From Planctomycetota bacterium (GTDB lineage Bacteria; Planctomycetota; Phycisphaerae; Sedimentisphaerales; Anaerobacaceae): 43,267 nt of DNA. A model generated the notes under the pieces. The model worked only from the letters and a program-made list of their open reading frames with translations. It ran no database searches and was not told where the DNA came from. Below are positions 1 to 7,644 of this stretch, piece by piece. The position numbers and the translations under genes are program-made. Position 1 is the stretch's first letter, and each line of letters begins with the position of its first letter. The stretch spans positions 1 through 43,267 of the forward strand of contig JAGLSU010000089.1 in the NCBI GenBank assembly GCA_023135935.1, read 5' to 3'.

Positions 1-267
1 TCGCCAGATTCCATCGTCCCGAATCTTGGCTAGGAATTCGTGGCCTTTCCACGTTAGGTCGAACGGAATGACATAAATCACTCTGTTGCTCGAACTCGAT
101 GTTACCGGCTCGCAACGAAGAAATTCGGCATCATGGAGGAGAACTGTATGGTACTTGATGCTTAATTCATCATAGCCTTCGATTGGTGGAACTTCCACGT
201 GTTCAGGGCCAGGCTTCTCATCGAAGTATATCAGCAGCTTCCTGACAAGGTCGAAATCTCGTTTCAT
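1..267 (-). CDS. DUF2513-like small protein, partial (3' end runs off the window)
   Basis: Not in the ORF track because there is no stop in the window. Reverse-strand ATG at 265-267 has GGAGG 6 nt upstream. It reads MKRDFDLVRKLLIYFDEKPGPEHVEVPPIEGYDELSIKYHTVLLHDAEF... and stays open to position 1. The N-terminus resembles DUF2513 proteins from memory. Confidence 0.5.
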   Translation of the reverse strand, partial: MKRDFDLVRKLLIYFDEKPGPEHVEVPPIEGYDELSIKYHTVLLHDAEFLRCEPVTSSSSNRVIYVIPFDLTWKGHEFLAKIRDDGIWR

Positions 268-303
268 GTTTTACCTCCCCAATGTAATATCATGTAACAT
301 TTT

Positions 304-1404
304 TCAATAATCAATTACAACTATATCTTCGGGTATAGCTGCGACATCTCTGTGGCCGGAACCGAGAAGCTTCTTTATCTCCCTGCTGTGCTTGCCAGCT
401 ACCTTTTTCAACTGCGAACTGCTCAAACTTGTCACAGCCTTAGCCATATCATTGAGCATCACCACGCTACCCGCCTCGAACGTCCCCTTAACAGAAACTA
501 TCCCGCTGGGCAATAAACTCTTTCGACCCCTCACGGCCCGCACAGCCCCGTCATCAATCACTATCGTACCGACAGCTGAACTATTCAAAATCCACCGCGA
601 ACGATTCCCCAACTTCCGTTTGGGCATAAAGACCGTACCGATATCGTCACCGGCTATTATCCTGCCAATGACATTTTTAACTCTGCCGTTGGCCAATACT
701 ATCCGGCACCCGGCGTTCGAAGCAATCTTCGCCGCCTCAATTTTGGTCTTCATCCCGCCCACTGCGTGCCTGCTGCCTTTACCGCCGGCACTGCGTTCAA
801 TTTCCTTGGTTATCTCGAAGACAGCTTTGATGGGCTTGGCATCTTTCGATTTTCTGGGGTCCTTATCATAAAGCCCGTCGATGTCACTTAACATTATCAG
901 TAAATCCGCGTCAATCTTACTCGCCACAAGCGCACTTAACCTGTCATTGTCACCGAATGCCGAACCAATCTCCTCGGTACTGACGCTGTCATTCTCATTC
1001 AAAATAGGCACAACCCCCAATTTCAGCAGCGTCTCAATGGAGTTCTTAAGATTCAAATATGTCTTCCTGTTATTTAATACCTCCGTCGTCAAAAGAACCT
1101 GAGCCACCGTAATACCACTCTTACCAAACGCCTTCTTATATTCCGCCATCAATAAAGGCTGGCCTATAGCCGCATACGCCTGTCGCATCTTGACATTCGT
1201 TGCCTTCCCCGCGGATTTTAACTGACCAATACCCATACCAATCGCACCGGAACTGATAATCACCACTTGCTTACCATCCTTAAGCAAACTGCTTATCTGC
1301 CCAGCCACTCGGCGCACATAGGCTGCATTAACACCGTCACCCTTAGTCAGGATATTGGTGCCGATTTTTACAACAACTCGTTTTATCTTACTGAAATCTC
1401 GCAT
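304..1404 (-). CDS. proB: glutamate 5-kinase (with C-terminal PUA-like domain)
   Basis: Track ORF 304..1482 trimmed to Met27 (ATG at 1404), because the proA stop lies at 1412-1414 and the family N-terminus begins near KRVVVKIGTNILT. Amino-acid-kinase motifs (VVIISSGAIG, GDNDRLSA) are present. It lies immediately downstream of proA. Confidence 0.9.
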   Translation of the reverse strand: MRDFSKIKRVVVKIGTNILTKGDGVNAAYVRRVAGQISSLLKDGKQVVIISSGAIGMGIGQLKSAGKATNVKMRQAYAAIGQPLLMAEYKKAFGKSGITVAQVLLTTEVLNNRKTYLNLKNSIETLLKLGVVPILNENDSVSTEEIGSAFGDNDRLSALVASKIDADLLIMLSDIDGLYDKDPRKSKDAKPIKAVFEITKEIERSAGGKGSRHAVGGMKTKIEAAKIASNAGCRIVLANGRVKNVIGRIIAGDDIGTVFMPKRKLGNRSRWILNSSAVGTIVIDDGAVRAVRGRKSLLPSGIVSVKGTFEAGSVVMLNDMAKAVTSLSSSQLKKVAGKHSREIKKLLGSGHRDVAAIPEDIVVIDY

Positions 1405-1411
1405 CTCAAAC

Positions 1412-2710
1412 CTACATTTCAAAATTCTTATCGAGTTTTTTATGTGTAAACTTTTTCGCGTCACTTCCCGAATATTCCGCAACCGTCTGCCCGCTGCCTA
1501 TCAGCTTCCATTTATATATTACCAACCCTTCGAGCCCAACCGGCCCGCGGGCATGTATCTTATTCGTACTTATTCCAACCTCAGCTCCCAGCCCGTAACG
1601 AAAACCATCACTGAACCGGGTACTGCAGTTCCAGAGCACGTCCGCCGAATCCACAAGACTCATAAACTTTTCTGCCTTCGCCTTGTTATTTGTCACTATC
1701 GCATCCGTATGTCCCGAACCATATTTATTTATATGCCCAATCGCTTCATCCAATCCATCGACTACCCTTACCGAAATTATCTTTTCCAAATACTCTGTAG
1801 CCCAGTCATCTTCCGTAGCCGCCTTCACATCTATCACCGAAGCCGTCTTCTCGCACCCGCGAATCTCAACGCCTTCCTTTTCAAAAGCATCTTTCACCTT
1901 TGGCAAAAACGCCTCCGCAATTTTTCCATCCACCAGCAAAGTCTCAGCCGTGTTACATACAGCCACATACTGACACTTCGAATCAACTGCAATCTTCAAT
2001 GCCATATCCGAATTCGCATCACCGTCCACATACACGTGACATATTCCGTCCGCATGACCAAGCACGGGTATATTAGTATTATCCATTATGTATCGCACAA
2101 ATTCATTCGACCCGCGAGGAATCATCAAATCGATATAATCATCCAGGCCCAGCATCTCAGCAACCTCTCCGCGCGTCTCAAGTAAACCCAACCAACCTTT
2201 AGGCAAACCACTTTTTTCGCTCGCAACCGATATCGTCTCAGCCAAAATCCTGTTCGTCTTTTCCGCTTCTTTTCCGCCTTTCAATAACGCTGCGTTTCCG
2301 CTTTTCAAACAAAGCGTCGAAATCTGAACAAGCGCATCCGGTCGAGACTCGAACACCACACCAATAACTCCGATAGGACAACTGACCTTATAAAGTTCCA
2401 ATCCCTCATCAAGTTCCGTGGCATCTATCGTTTTGCCCGCAGGGTCATCGAGTTTAATCAAACTTTCAATTCCCGCGCAGACATCCGCAATTTTGCCCTC
2501 ATCAAATTTAAGACGTTTCAGCAAAGCCGCCGACAAATTATCTTTCTCAGCCGCTGCCAAATCTTCTTTGTTTGCAGATACGATATCCCCGGCCCTTTCT
2601 TTCAGGGCCTTTGCAATTTCAGCCAACGCACCGTTTTTCACCTCTGTTGCAACCGCCGCTAACTGTATCGATGCCGATTTGGCCGTTATAGCTGTTTCTG
2701 CAATGCTCAT
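1412..2710 (-). CDS. proA: gamma-glutamyl phosphate reductase
   Basis: 432-aa ORF with aldehyde-dehydrogenase-type ProA features (GVIGVVFESRP, VCNTAETLLV, GHTDAIVT). It forms an operon with proB. Confidence 0.93.
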   Translation of the reverse strand: MSIAETAITAKSASIQLAAVATEVKNGALAEIAKALKERAGDIVSANKEDLAAAEKDNLSAALLKRLKFDEGKIADVCAGIESLIKLDDPAGKTIDATELDEGLELYKVSCPIGVIGVVFESRPDALVQISTLCLKSGNAALLKGGKEAEKTNRILAETISVASEKSGLPKGWLGLLETRGEVAEMLGLDDYIDLMIPRGSNEFVRYIMDNTNIPVLGHADGICHVYVDGDANSDMALKIAVDSKCQYVAVCNTAETLLVDGKIAEAFLPKVKDAFEKEGVEIRGCEKTASVIDVKAATEDDWATEYLEKIISVRVVDGLDEAIGHINKYGSGHTDAIVTNNKAKAEKFMSLVDSADVLWNCSTRFSDGFRYGLGAEVGISTNKIHARGPVGLEGLVIYKWKLIGSGQTVAEYSGSDAKKFTHKKLDKNFEM

Positions 2711-2804
2711 TTTAATTTACCTTTGACTATTGATAATTGAATATCGATTACTTATAATTTGATGATAAATAATAAACAATAAATAGTAAATAACAAATAA
2801 TTCT

Positions 2805-2875
2805 GCGGGTGTAGCTTAATGGTAAAGCTCCAGCCTTCCAAGCTGGTCATGCGGGTTCGATTCCCGCCACCCGCT
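2805..2875 (+). tRNA. tRNA-Gly (anticodon UCC)
   Basis: A 71-nt cloverleaf folded by hand. Acceptor gcgggtg/cacccgc, D stem gctt/aagc, anticodon stem ccagc/gctgg with loop cTTCCaa, T arm gcggg-ttcgatt-cccgc. No CCA is encoded. Confidence 0.9.
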
Positions 2876-3097
2876 TTCGGTTTAGATATTTCCGCAAGTT
2901 TCCTCAAGTTTCTTTTCCCGCTTTGGTGAGCTACTCACAAGTCACTGTAAAAAATGACCCGCCAATATAAAAAACAATTAATCGATATGGAAGGGGCGCT
3001 TTTTCCGTAACCACTTTTCGTTACTCTAATTAGCACATTTCAACGAACGTCCTATAATAAAATTTTACAAAATTTTTCCAAAAACATCTTTTGTGCG

Positions 3098-3125
3098 TTG
3101 ACTCAGTGGTAGAAAGTGGTATAGT
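3098..3125 (+). promoter_or_regulatory. sigma70-like promoter of the mraZ operon, overlapped by direct AGTGGT repeats (candidate MraZ operator)
   Basis: TTGACT (3098-3103), 16-nt spacer, TATAGT (3120-3125), 35 nt upstream of the mraZ ATG. AGTGGT occurs at 3105-3110 and 3115-3120 with a 10-bp period, and the second copy is part of GAAAGTGGT. A related AGTGGG lies at 3145-3150. Confidence 0.45.
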
Positions 3126-3160
3126 TTCCCATATACGGTATATTGAGTGGGACCAATGCC

Positions 3161-3658
3161 ATGCTTTTATTAACAGGCGAATATCAGCACGTAATCGACG
3201 GGAAGGGCAGAGTCCTCATCTCCAACAAGTTGAGGAACCAGGTTGATGCCGATGAGCATGGAAGCAATTTCTATCTTGTCCTCGGTGCAAACGGAATACT
3301 TTGTTTATATCCCGAAAGATACTTCGAACAAATAGTGCTTGCCATTGCACCTGAGACCAATCCTCCCGATGAGACGGTGACATTTGAGAGAATAAGTTTT
3401 GCTTTAGCCAGCAAGGTGGAATTGGACGCTCAAGGCCGTTTACTTTTGAATGAGAAATTGCGAAAAAGAGCCGGATTAAAGAACCATATCACCCTCGTTG
3501 GTGTCAGGGACCATATCGAATTGTGGAACAATAAGAACTGGGAACAGTATCTCGCGGATAATATGGCTCAATATCAGAAACAAATGTCGCAGGCACGACA
3601 AATCGTTCTGCAGAAACATAGCCAGGAAACGCTAACTTTTGAAGAGGAGACAAAATGA
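3161..3658 (+). CDS. mraZ: transcriptional regulator MraZ
   Basis: Track ORF 3143..3658 begins at a TTG. The ATG at 3161 gives MLLLTGEYQHVIDGKGRVLISNKLR, the typical MraZ N-terminus, with a second SpoVT/AbrB-like half (LDAQGRLLLNEKLR). It sits first in the dcw cluster. Confidence 0.9.
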   Translation: MLLLTGEYQHVIDGKGRVLISNKLRNQVDADEHGSNFYLVLGANGILCLYPERYFEQIVLAIAPETNPPDETVTFERISFALASKVELDAQGRLLLNEKLRKRAGLKNHITLVGVRDHIELWNNKNWEQYLADNMAQYQKQMSQARQIVLQKHSQETLTFEEETK

Positions 3659-3864
3659 TAGGAATGGATTCTAGCCATTGTCAAATGGTGAGCGGAAGTC
3701 TCGCTGGCGAAAGAGCAATTGATGAACAGACCTTTGCCTCATTGGCAATTCTTACCGAAAGGCTGGAACGGCTCAAAAAACTTGGAAAAAGTTTTGCGGG
3801 TATCGAGTTTTCGTCTGCTGTTAAGAAAATGTCAAAACAGAAAAACGCTGTAGCCATAGGATAA
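3655..3864 (+). CDS. hypothetical 69-aa protein between mraZ and rsmH
   Basis: Its ATG overlaps the mraZ stop (ATGA), which suggests translational coupling. I recognise no motif, and coding status is uncertain. Confidence 0.3.
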   Translation: MIGMDSSHCQMVSGSLAGERAIDEQTFASLAILTERLERLKKLGKSFAGIEFSSAVKKMSKQKNAVAIG

Positions 3865-3872
3865 ACCCATAT

Positions 3873-4856
3873 GTGCTTTGTTGTGGAGTTTCATTATGCC
3901 AACAGCGCTCTTCTGTAAAGGAGTGCATAGTTAGGATTAATAATTTAGAAGTGAATAGTTCGGCAATTGAACATATACCGGTTCTTGCAAAAACGCTGGC
4001 TGAACAGATAAACTTACCGCAGGACGCGGTGATGGTCGATGCGACCATAGGGCAGGGAGGCCATAGTTTATTGTTTGGCCAAAACTTGGGCCCTGAAGGA
4101 ACGATTCTCGGTCTCGATGTTGATAAAAAATCAATCCGAGGGGCCCAGTCTAAATTAGAGAATCTCGCCTGTAAACTTATTCTGGTTCATTCGAATTTTT
4201 CTCAAATCGCAGAAAAACTACGCGAACACGATATAAAAGAAGTTGATTTTATACTTGCGGATTTAGGTTTCTGTTCGGCACAGGTAGCCGATGCCGAAAT
4301 GGGGCTCAGTTTCTTGAAGGATATGCCCCTTGATATGAGAATTGACAAAAGATTAAAGACTACCGCGGCCGATATAGTTAATAAAGAAGATGAAAAGTCA
4401 TTAGCTGACCTGATTTATAATTTTGGCCAGGACAGAGCTTCACGGCGAATCGCGAGATTTATCGTGCAGCATCGAAAGTCTCAGCCGATAGCTACGACCG
4501 GTCAATTGGCAGCGATTGTCAGCAAGGCGCTCGGGCAGCCGCAGACAAAGCGAAAAATGAAAACTCACCCGGCCACCAGAACTTTTCAGGCATTAAGAAT
4601 CGCTGTTAATAATGAATTGGAAAATTTGGAGAAACTACTCGATTCAGCACCGGCACTACTGAAAAAAAATGGGCAAATAGCTATCATTAGTTTTCACAGC
4701 CTGGAAGACAGGTTGGTTAAAAATAGTTTCAAGCAAAATGAAAAAGAAGGCATCTATAAGATTATCACGAAAAAGCCGATTGTACCGACACGACAGGAAA
4801 TAATGCAAAATCGGCGAGCAAGAAGTTCAAAACTGAGAATTGCGCAAAAGCAGTAG
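3873..4856 (+). CDS. rsmH: 16S rRNA (cytosine1402-N4)-methyltransferase RsmH
   Basis: HIPVL...VDATIGQGGHS motif, FHSLEDR and a C-terminal RARSSKLR. The track start at 3873 is a GTG. Family alignment suggests the real start is nearer GTG 3951 (MNSSAIEHIPVL). Confidence 0.9.
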   Translation: MLCCGVSLCQQRSSVKECIVRINNLEVNSSAIEHIPVLAKTLAEQINLPQDAVMVDATIGQGGHSLLFGQNLGPEGTILGLDVDKKSIRGAQSKLENLACKLILVHSNFSQIAEKLREHDIKEVDFILADLGFCSAQVADAEMGLSFLKDMPLDMRIDKRLKTTAADIVNKEDEKSLADLIYNFGQDRASRRIARFIVQHRKSQPIATTGQLAAIVSKALGQPQTKRKMKTHPATRTFQALRIAVNNELENLEKLLDSAPALLKKNGQIAIISFHSLEDRLVKNSFKQNEKEGIYKIITKKPIVPTRQEIMQNRRARSSKLRIAQKQ

Positions 4857-4894
4857 AACAATAATAAAAAGTAAGAGAAAATGGAGTTTCCTTT

Positions 4895-5611
4895 ATGACT
4901 TCCGATGCAAAGGTTGGAGTTTTGTTAGGTTTGGCCTTTATATTTTTAATTGCCTTCATAATCAATGGCCTTCCGCACCTTCGTGAAGAAGTAAACAACA
5001 ATCAACTAACAACCACGATGATTAACTCGCATAGTAATCCGCCGGGAATTGCTACTCGGCAGCGTAAAGTCACTCGGGAAGTTATCAATCAGAATGTTCG
5101 CTTTACTGCTCCATTGCCGAAGAAAACCCAGTCTCTAATAATAGCCAAACAAAATCAAACCCCCAAAGTCGAATTCCGGAAAACTGCTTTGTCCGAGATT
5201 TATGTTGTAAGTAATGGGGATAGTTTAGCGGTGATAGCCAAAAAGGTTTATGGCACCGATGGTAACAAAAAAAGACAAGTCGCTGGAATATTTAAGGCAA
5301 ATCGGAAATTACTAAAATCGCCCGATGCGATTTATGTCGGACAGGCACTCGTAATACCACCTTTGGCATCGAACAAAAGCACCACTAGTACTATATTAGC
5401 GAGCTCAACTCTGGAGAAAGTCAAATCCCTTTCTAAAACAAAGCAGACTGAAATCTACATTGTCAGGGAAAATGATAGTTTGTGGGAAATTGCCGCTAAG
5501 CAACTGGGCAGTGGCACTCGCTATACCGAAATAGCTGAGCTAAATGCCGATATCTTGGACAATCAGGATGCCTTGACTGTCGGTATGCGTTTAAAACTAC
5601 CGGCTCGATAA
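4895..5611 (+). CDS. membrane-anchored protein with two LysM domains
   Basis: ATG with GGAG 8 nt upstream. It has an N-terminal TM helix (VGVLLGLAFIFLIAFIINGL) and two LysM-like units (IYVVSNGDSLAVIAKKVYG...IYVGQALVIPP and IYIVRENDSLWEIAAKQLG...LTVGMRLKLP). Confidence 0.8.
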   Translation: MTSDAKVGVLLGLAFIFLIAFIINGLPHLREEVNNNQLTTTMINSHSNPPGIATRQRKVTREVINQNVRFTAPLPKKTQSLIIAKQNQTPKVEFRKTALSEIYVVSNGDSLAVIAKKVYGTDGNKKRQVAGIFKANRKLLKSPDAIYVGQALVIPPLASNKSTTSTILASSTLEKVKSLSKTKQTEIYIVRENDSLWEIAAKQLGSGTRYTEIAELNADILDNQDALTVGMRLKLPAR

Positions 5612-5682
5612 GGTATTTTATTGCCCATTTCCTATTAGAAATAATCTATTATGACAGGGTTGTTTTATTTGCAGGTCAAATT

Positions 5683-5901
5683 ATGAGCTCCAGGTTTCGT
5701 TTTCTTTTTATTGTTTTTTATTTTACGACTGTCTTAATCCTCACCATTTCACTGCGTAGTGCAAATAATCGAATTTTCTATGAGCTTTGCACAGCCAATA
5801 CGGAACAAAACCAACTCAAACAACAGCTTTGGCAAAAACAACTACAGTTGGAAAACTTGATAAATCCCGCTGCTGTATCGCGGTATTTTGAACAAGACTG
5901 A
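5683..5901 (+). CDS. FtsL-like small bitopic cell-division protein
   Basis: 72 aa with an N-terminal TM helix followed by a Q/L-rich coiled-coil segment (NQLKQQLWQKQLQLENL). It sits immediately upstream of ftsI, in the classical ftsL slot. Confidence 0.55.
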   Translation: MSSRFRFLFIVFYFTTVLILTISLRSANNRIFYELCTANTEQNQLKQQLWQKQLQLENLINPAAVSRYFEQD

Positions 5902-5940
5902 AAAAGAAAGGCATAAAAAATAGTAAGCTATAGATTCAAA

Positions 5941-7644
5941 ATTGTTGATGATGGCAGAAACCGTTTTGTTACCTTTCTCTTATTACTTCTGATAGCGGCA
6001 CTTCTGTTACTGGTAGGCAGATGTTTCTTCCTACAATATTTCAAAAGTGACCACTACTATTCAATTTCTCTAAAACAGCATCAGGGACGAGTAATCCAAA
6101 AACCTCAAAGGGGTATCATTCTCGATTGTCGCGGCAGGGTCCTTGCTGCAAGCAATAAAATCCAAACCGTCTTTGCCGAACCCAGGGCTATAGCTGACCC
6201 AAAAGCGGCGTCAAACAAACTTGCTCCAATACTAAATATGGGCGCACACGAAATATGTAAACTTATAACCGATAGTAAAAACCCGGGCTTTGCAAAAATC
6301 AAAACTGGACTTGACGCGGACCAATGTAAGGCTGCCAGAAGAATTCATGGCCTTGGCATACAGTCTGATTGGCGAAGGTATTACCCGATGGGCCGATTAA
6401 TGGGACATATTGTTGGTTTTACAGGATTCGAAAATCAGGGCTTAGGCGGTATTGAGTTGCAATATAATAAACAGCTTTGCGGTCTGTCAGGGCAGAACAC
6501 TTTCTTTGCGGATGCGTTTCGCAGACCAATTCGCCTGAAAAAACAGGACAGTATCTTAACTGATGGTGTGGGAATTATTTTAACTCTCGATGCTACCATT
6601 CAGCAATTCGCCAGGGCAGAGTTGCTAAAGCAATACAAAGACTACGAGGCAGAGTCAGCAGTGGCTATTGTAGCTGAACCGAAGACAGGAGCAATTTTAG
6701 CCATTGTTTCACTGCCCGATTTCGACCCTAACAATATTCGTTCGACTGACCCGGACAATCTCAAAAATCGGGCGATTGCAGATGCGTTTGAACCGGGAAG
6801 CCTCCTAAAGCCCATTGCTGTCGCGATTGCAATAGATGCGGGCGCCATCGCGCAGGATGAAAAAATATTTTGCGAAAATGGCAACTATCGTGGCAAGGGC
6901 TTTGGCAGAATCGGTGAATATGAAGGTCACAAATTCGCGGATTTATCGGTGCGTGAAATTCTGGTCAAGTCCAGCAATATAGGCATGGCAAAAATCGGAC
7001 AGAAAACCGAAAGAGATAAACTCTATAAAGGTCTGAGGCGTTTCGGTTTTGGTAAAAAAACCAGCCTTGAATTGCCCGGCCAGGCAAGCGGGTTGTTGTG
7101 GCCTGTAAAAAACTGGACAGGGTACAGTGAAACTCGAATACCTTTTGGCCAGGAAATTTCTGTCACCGCAATACAACTGGTTCAAGCATTTTGCATACTT
7201 GCTAATGGTGGCCGACCCGTCCAGCCGCATCTTGTTAAAGCGATGGTCGATAGCGACGGCGAGATTATCAAATTAAAACAACAAACGCCAACTGTTGATT
7301 TTGTTGTTAAGCCGAAAATTGCAAATTGGATTGTTACTGATGCTATGGTTGGTGTAGTTAATGAAGGAACAGCCAGCAGAGCAAAACTCAAAAAATGGCA
7401 GGTCTTTGGAAAGACAGGAACCGCTAATATCGCCAAAAGCACCGAAAAAGGATATGACGAAGATGCCTATGTAGCCTCATTTGTAGCGGGTGCCCCAGCA
7501 CATGACCCCGCTGTCCTAGTTCTCGTTTCGGTTCGAAAACCTAATGTCTGGCTTGGCAAGGGATATTCCGGTGGAGTTGTAGCTGCGCCAGCCGCAGCAA
7601 AAATACTTGAGAAAACCCTGAACTATCTCGAAAAAAATCAATAG
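5941..7644 (+). CDS. ftsI: class B penicillin-binding protein (FtsI/PBP3-like transpeptidase); start codon unresolved
   Basis: Transpeptidase motifs SLLK (SxxK), SSN and KTGT. The track ORF starts at ATG 6238, but the same frame is open from 5917 and encodes the expected basic stretch, TM helix (GRNRFVTFLLLLLIAALLLLVG) and dimerisation-domain start. There is no ATG, GTG or TTG in that stretch. 5941 is an ATT and is given only as a nominal start. Confidence 0.8.
   Translation: MVDDGRNRFVTFLLLLLIAALLLLVGRCFFLQYFKSDHYYSISLKQHQGRVIQKPQRGIILDCRGRVLAASNKIQTVFAEPRAIADPKAASNKLAPILNMGAHEICKLITDSKNPGFAKIKTGLDADQCKAARRIHGLGIQSDWRRYYPMGRLMGHIVGFTGFENQGLGGIELQYNKQLCGLSGQNTFFADAFRRPIRLKKQDSILTDGVGIILTLDATIQQFARAELLKQYKDYEAESAVAIVAEPKTGAILAIVSLPDFDPNNIRSTDPDNLKNRAIADAFEPGSLLKPIAVAIAIDAGAIAQDEKIFCENGNYRGKGFGRIGEYEGHKFADLSVREILVKSSNIGMAKIGQKTERDKLYKGLRRFGFGKKTSLELPGQASGLLWPVKNWTGYSETRIPFGQEISVTAIQLVQAFCILANGGRPVQPHLVKAMVDSDGEIIKLKQQTPTVDFVVKPKIANWIVTDAMVGVVNEGTASRAKLKKWQVFGKTGTANIAKSTEKGYDEDAYVASFVAGAPAHDPAVLVLVSVRKPNVWLGKGYSGGVVAAPAAAKILEKTLNYLEKNQ

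Noticed and set aside
392-2726. Plus-strand track ORFs 392..871, 881..1102, 1267..1449, 1355..2185, 1683..1973 and 2418..2726.
   Set aside because: All lie antisense to the strongly recognisable proB and proA genes. They have low-complexity Ser/Leu/Pro-rich translations and no RBS, so they are shadow ORFs.
3821-4134. Minus-strand ORFs 3821..4048 and 3937..4134.
   Set aside because: They lie antisense to rsmH, whose methyltransferase motifs are unambiguous. They show no start context.
6105-7442. Minus-strand ORFs inside ftsI (6105..6302, 6642..6884, 6943..7230, 7182..7442).
   Set aside because: They lie opposite a PBP with intact SxxK/SxN/KTG motifs and are shadow ORFs.
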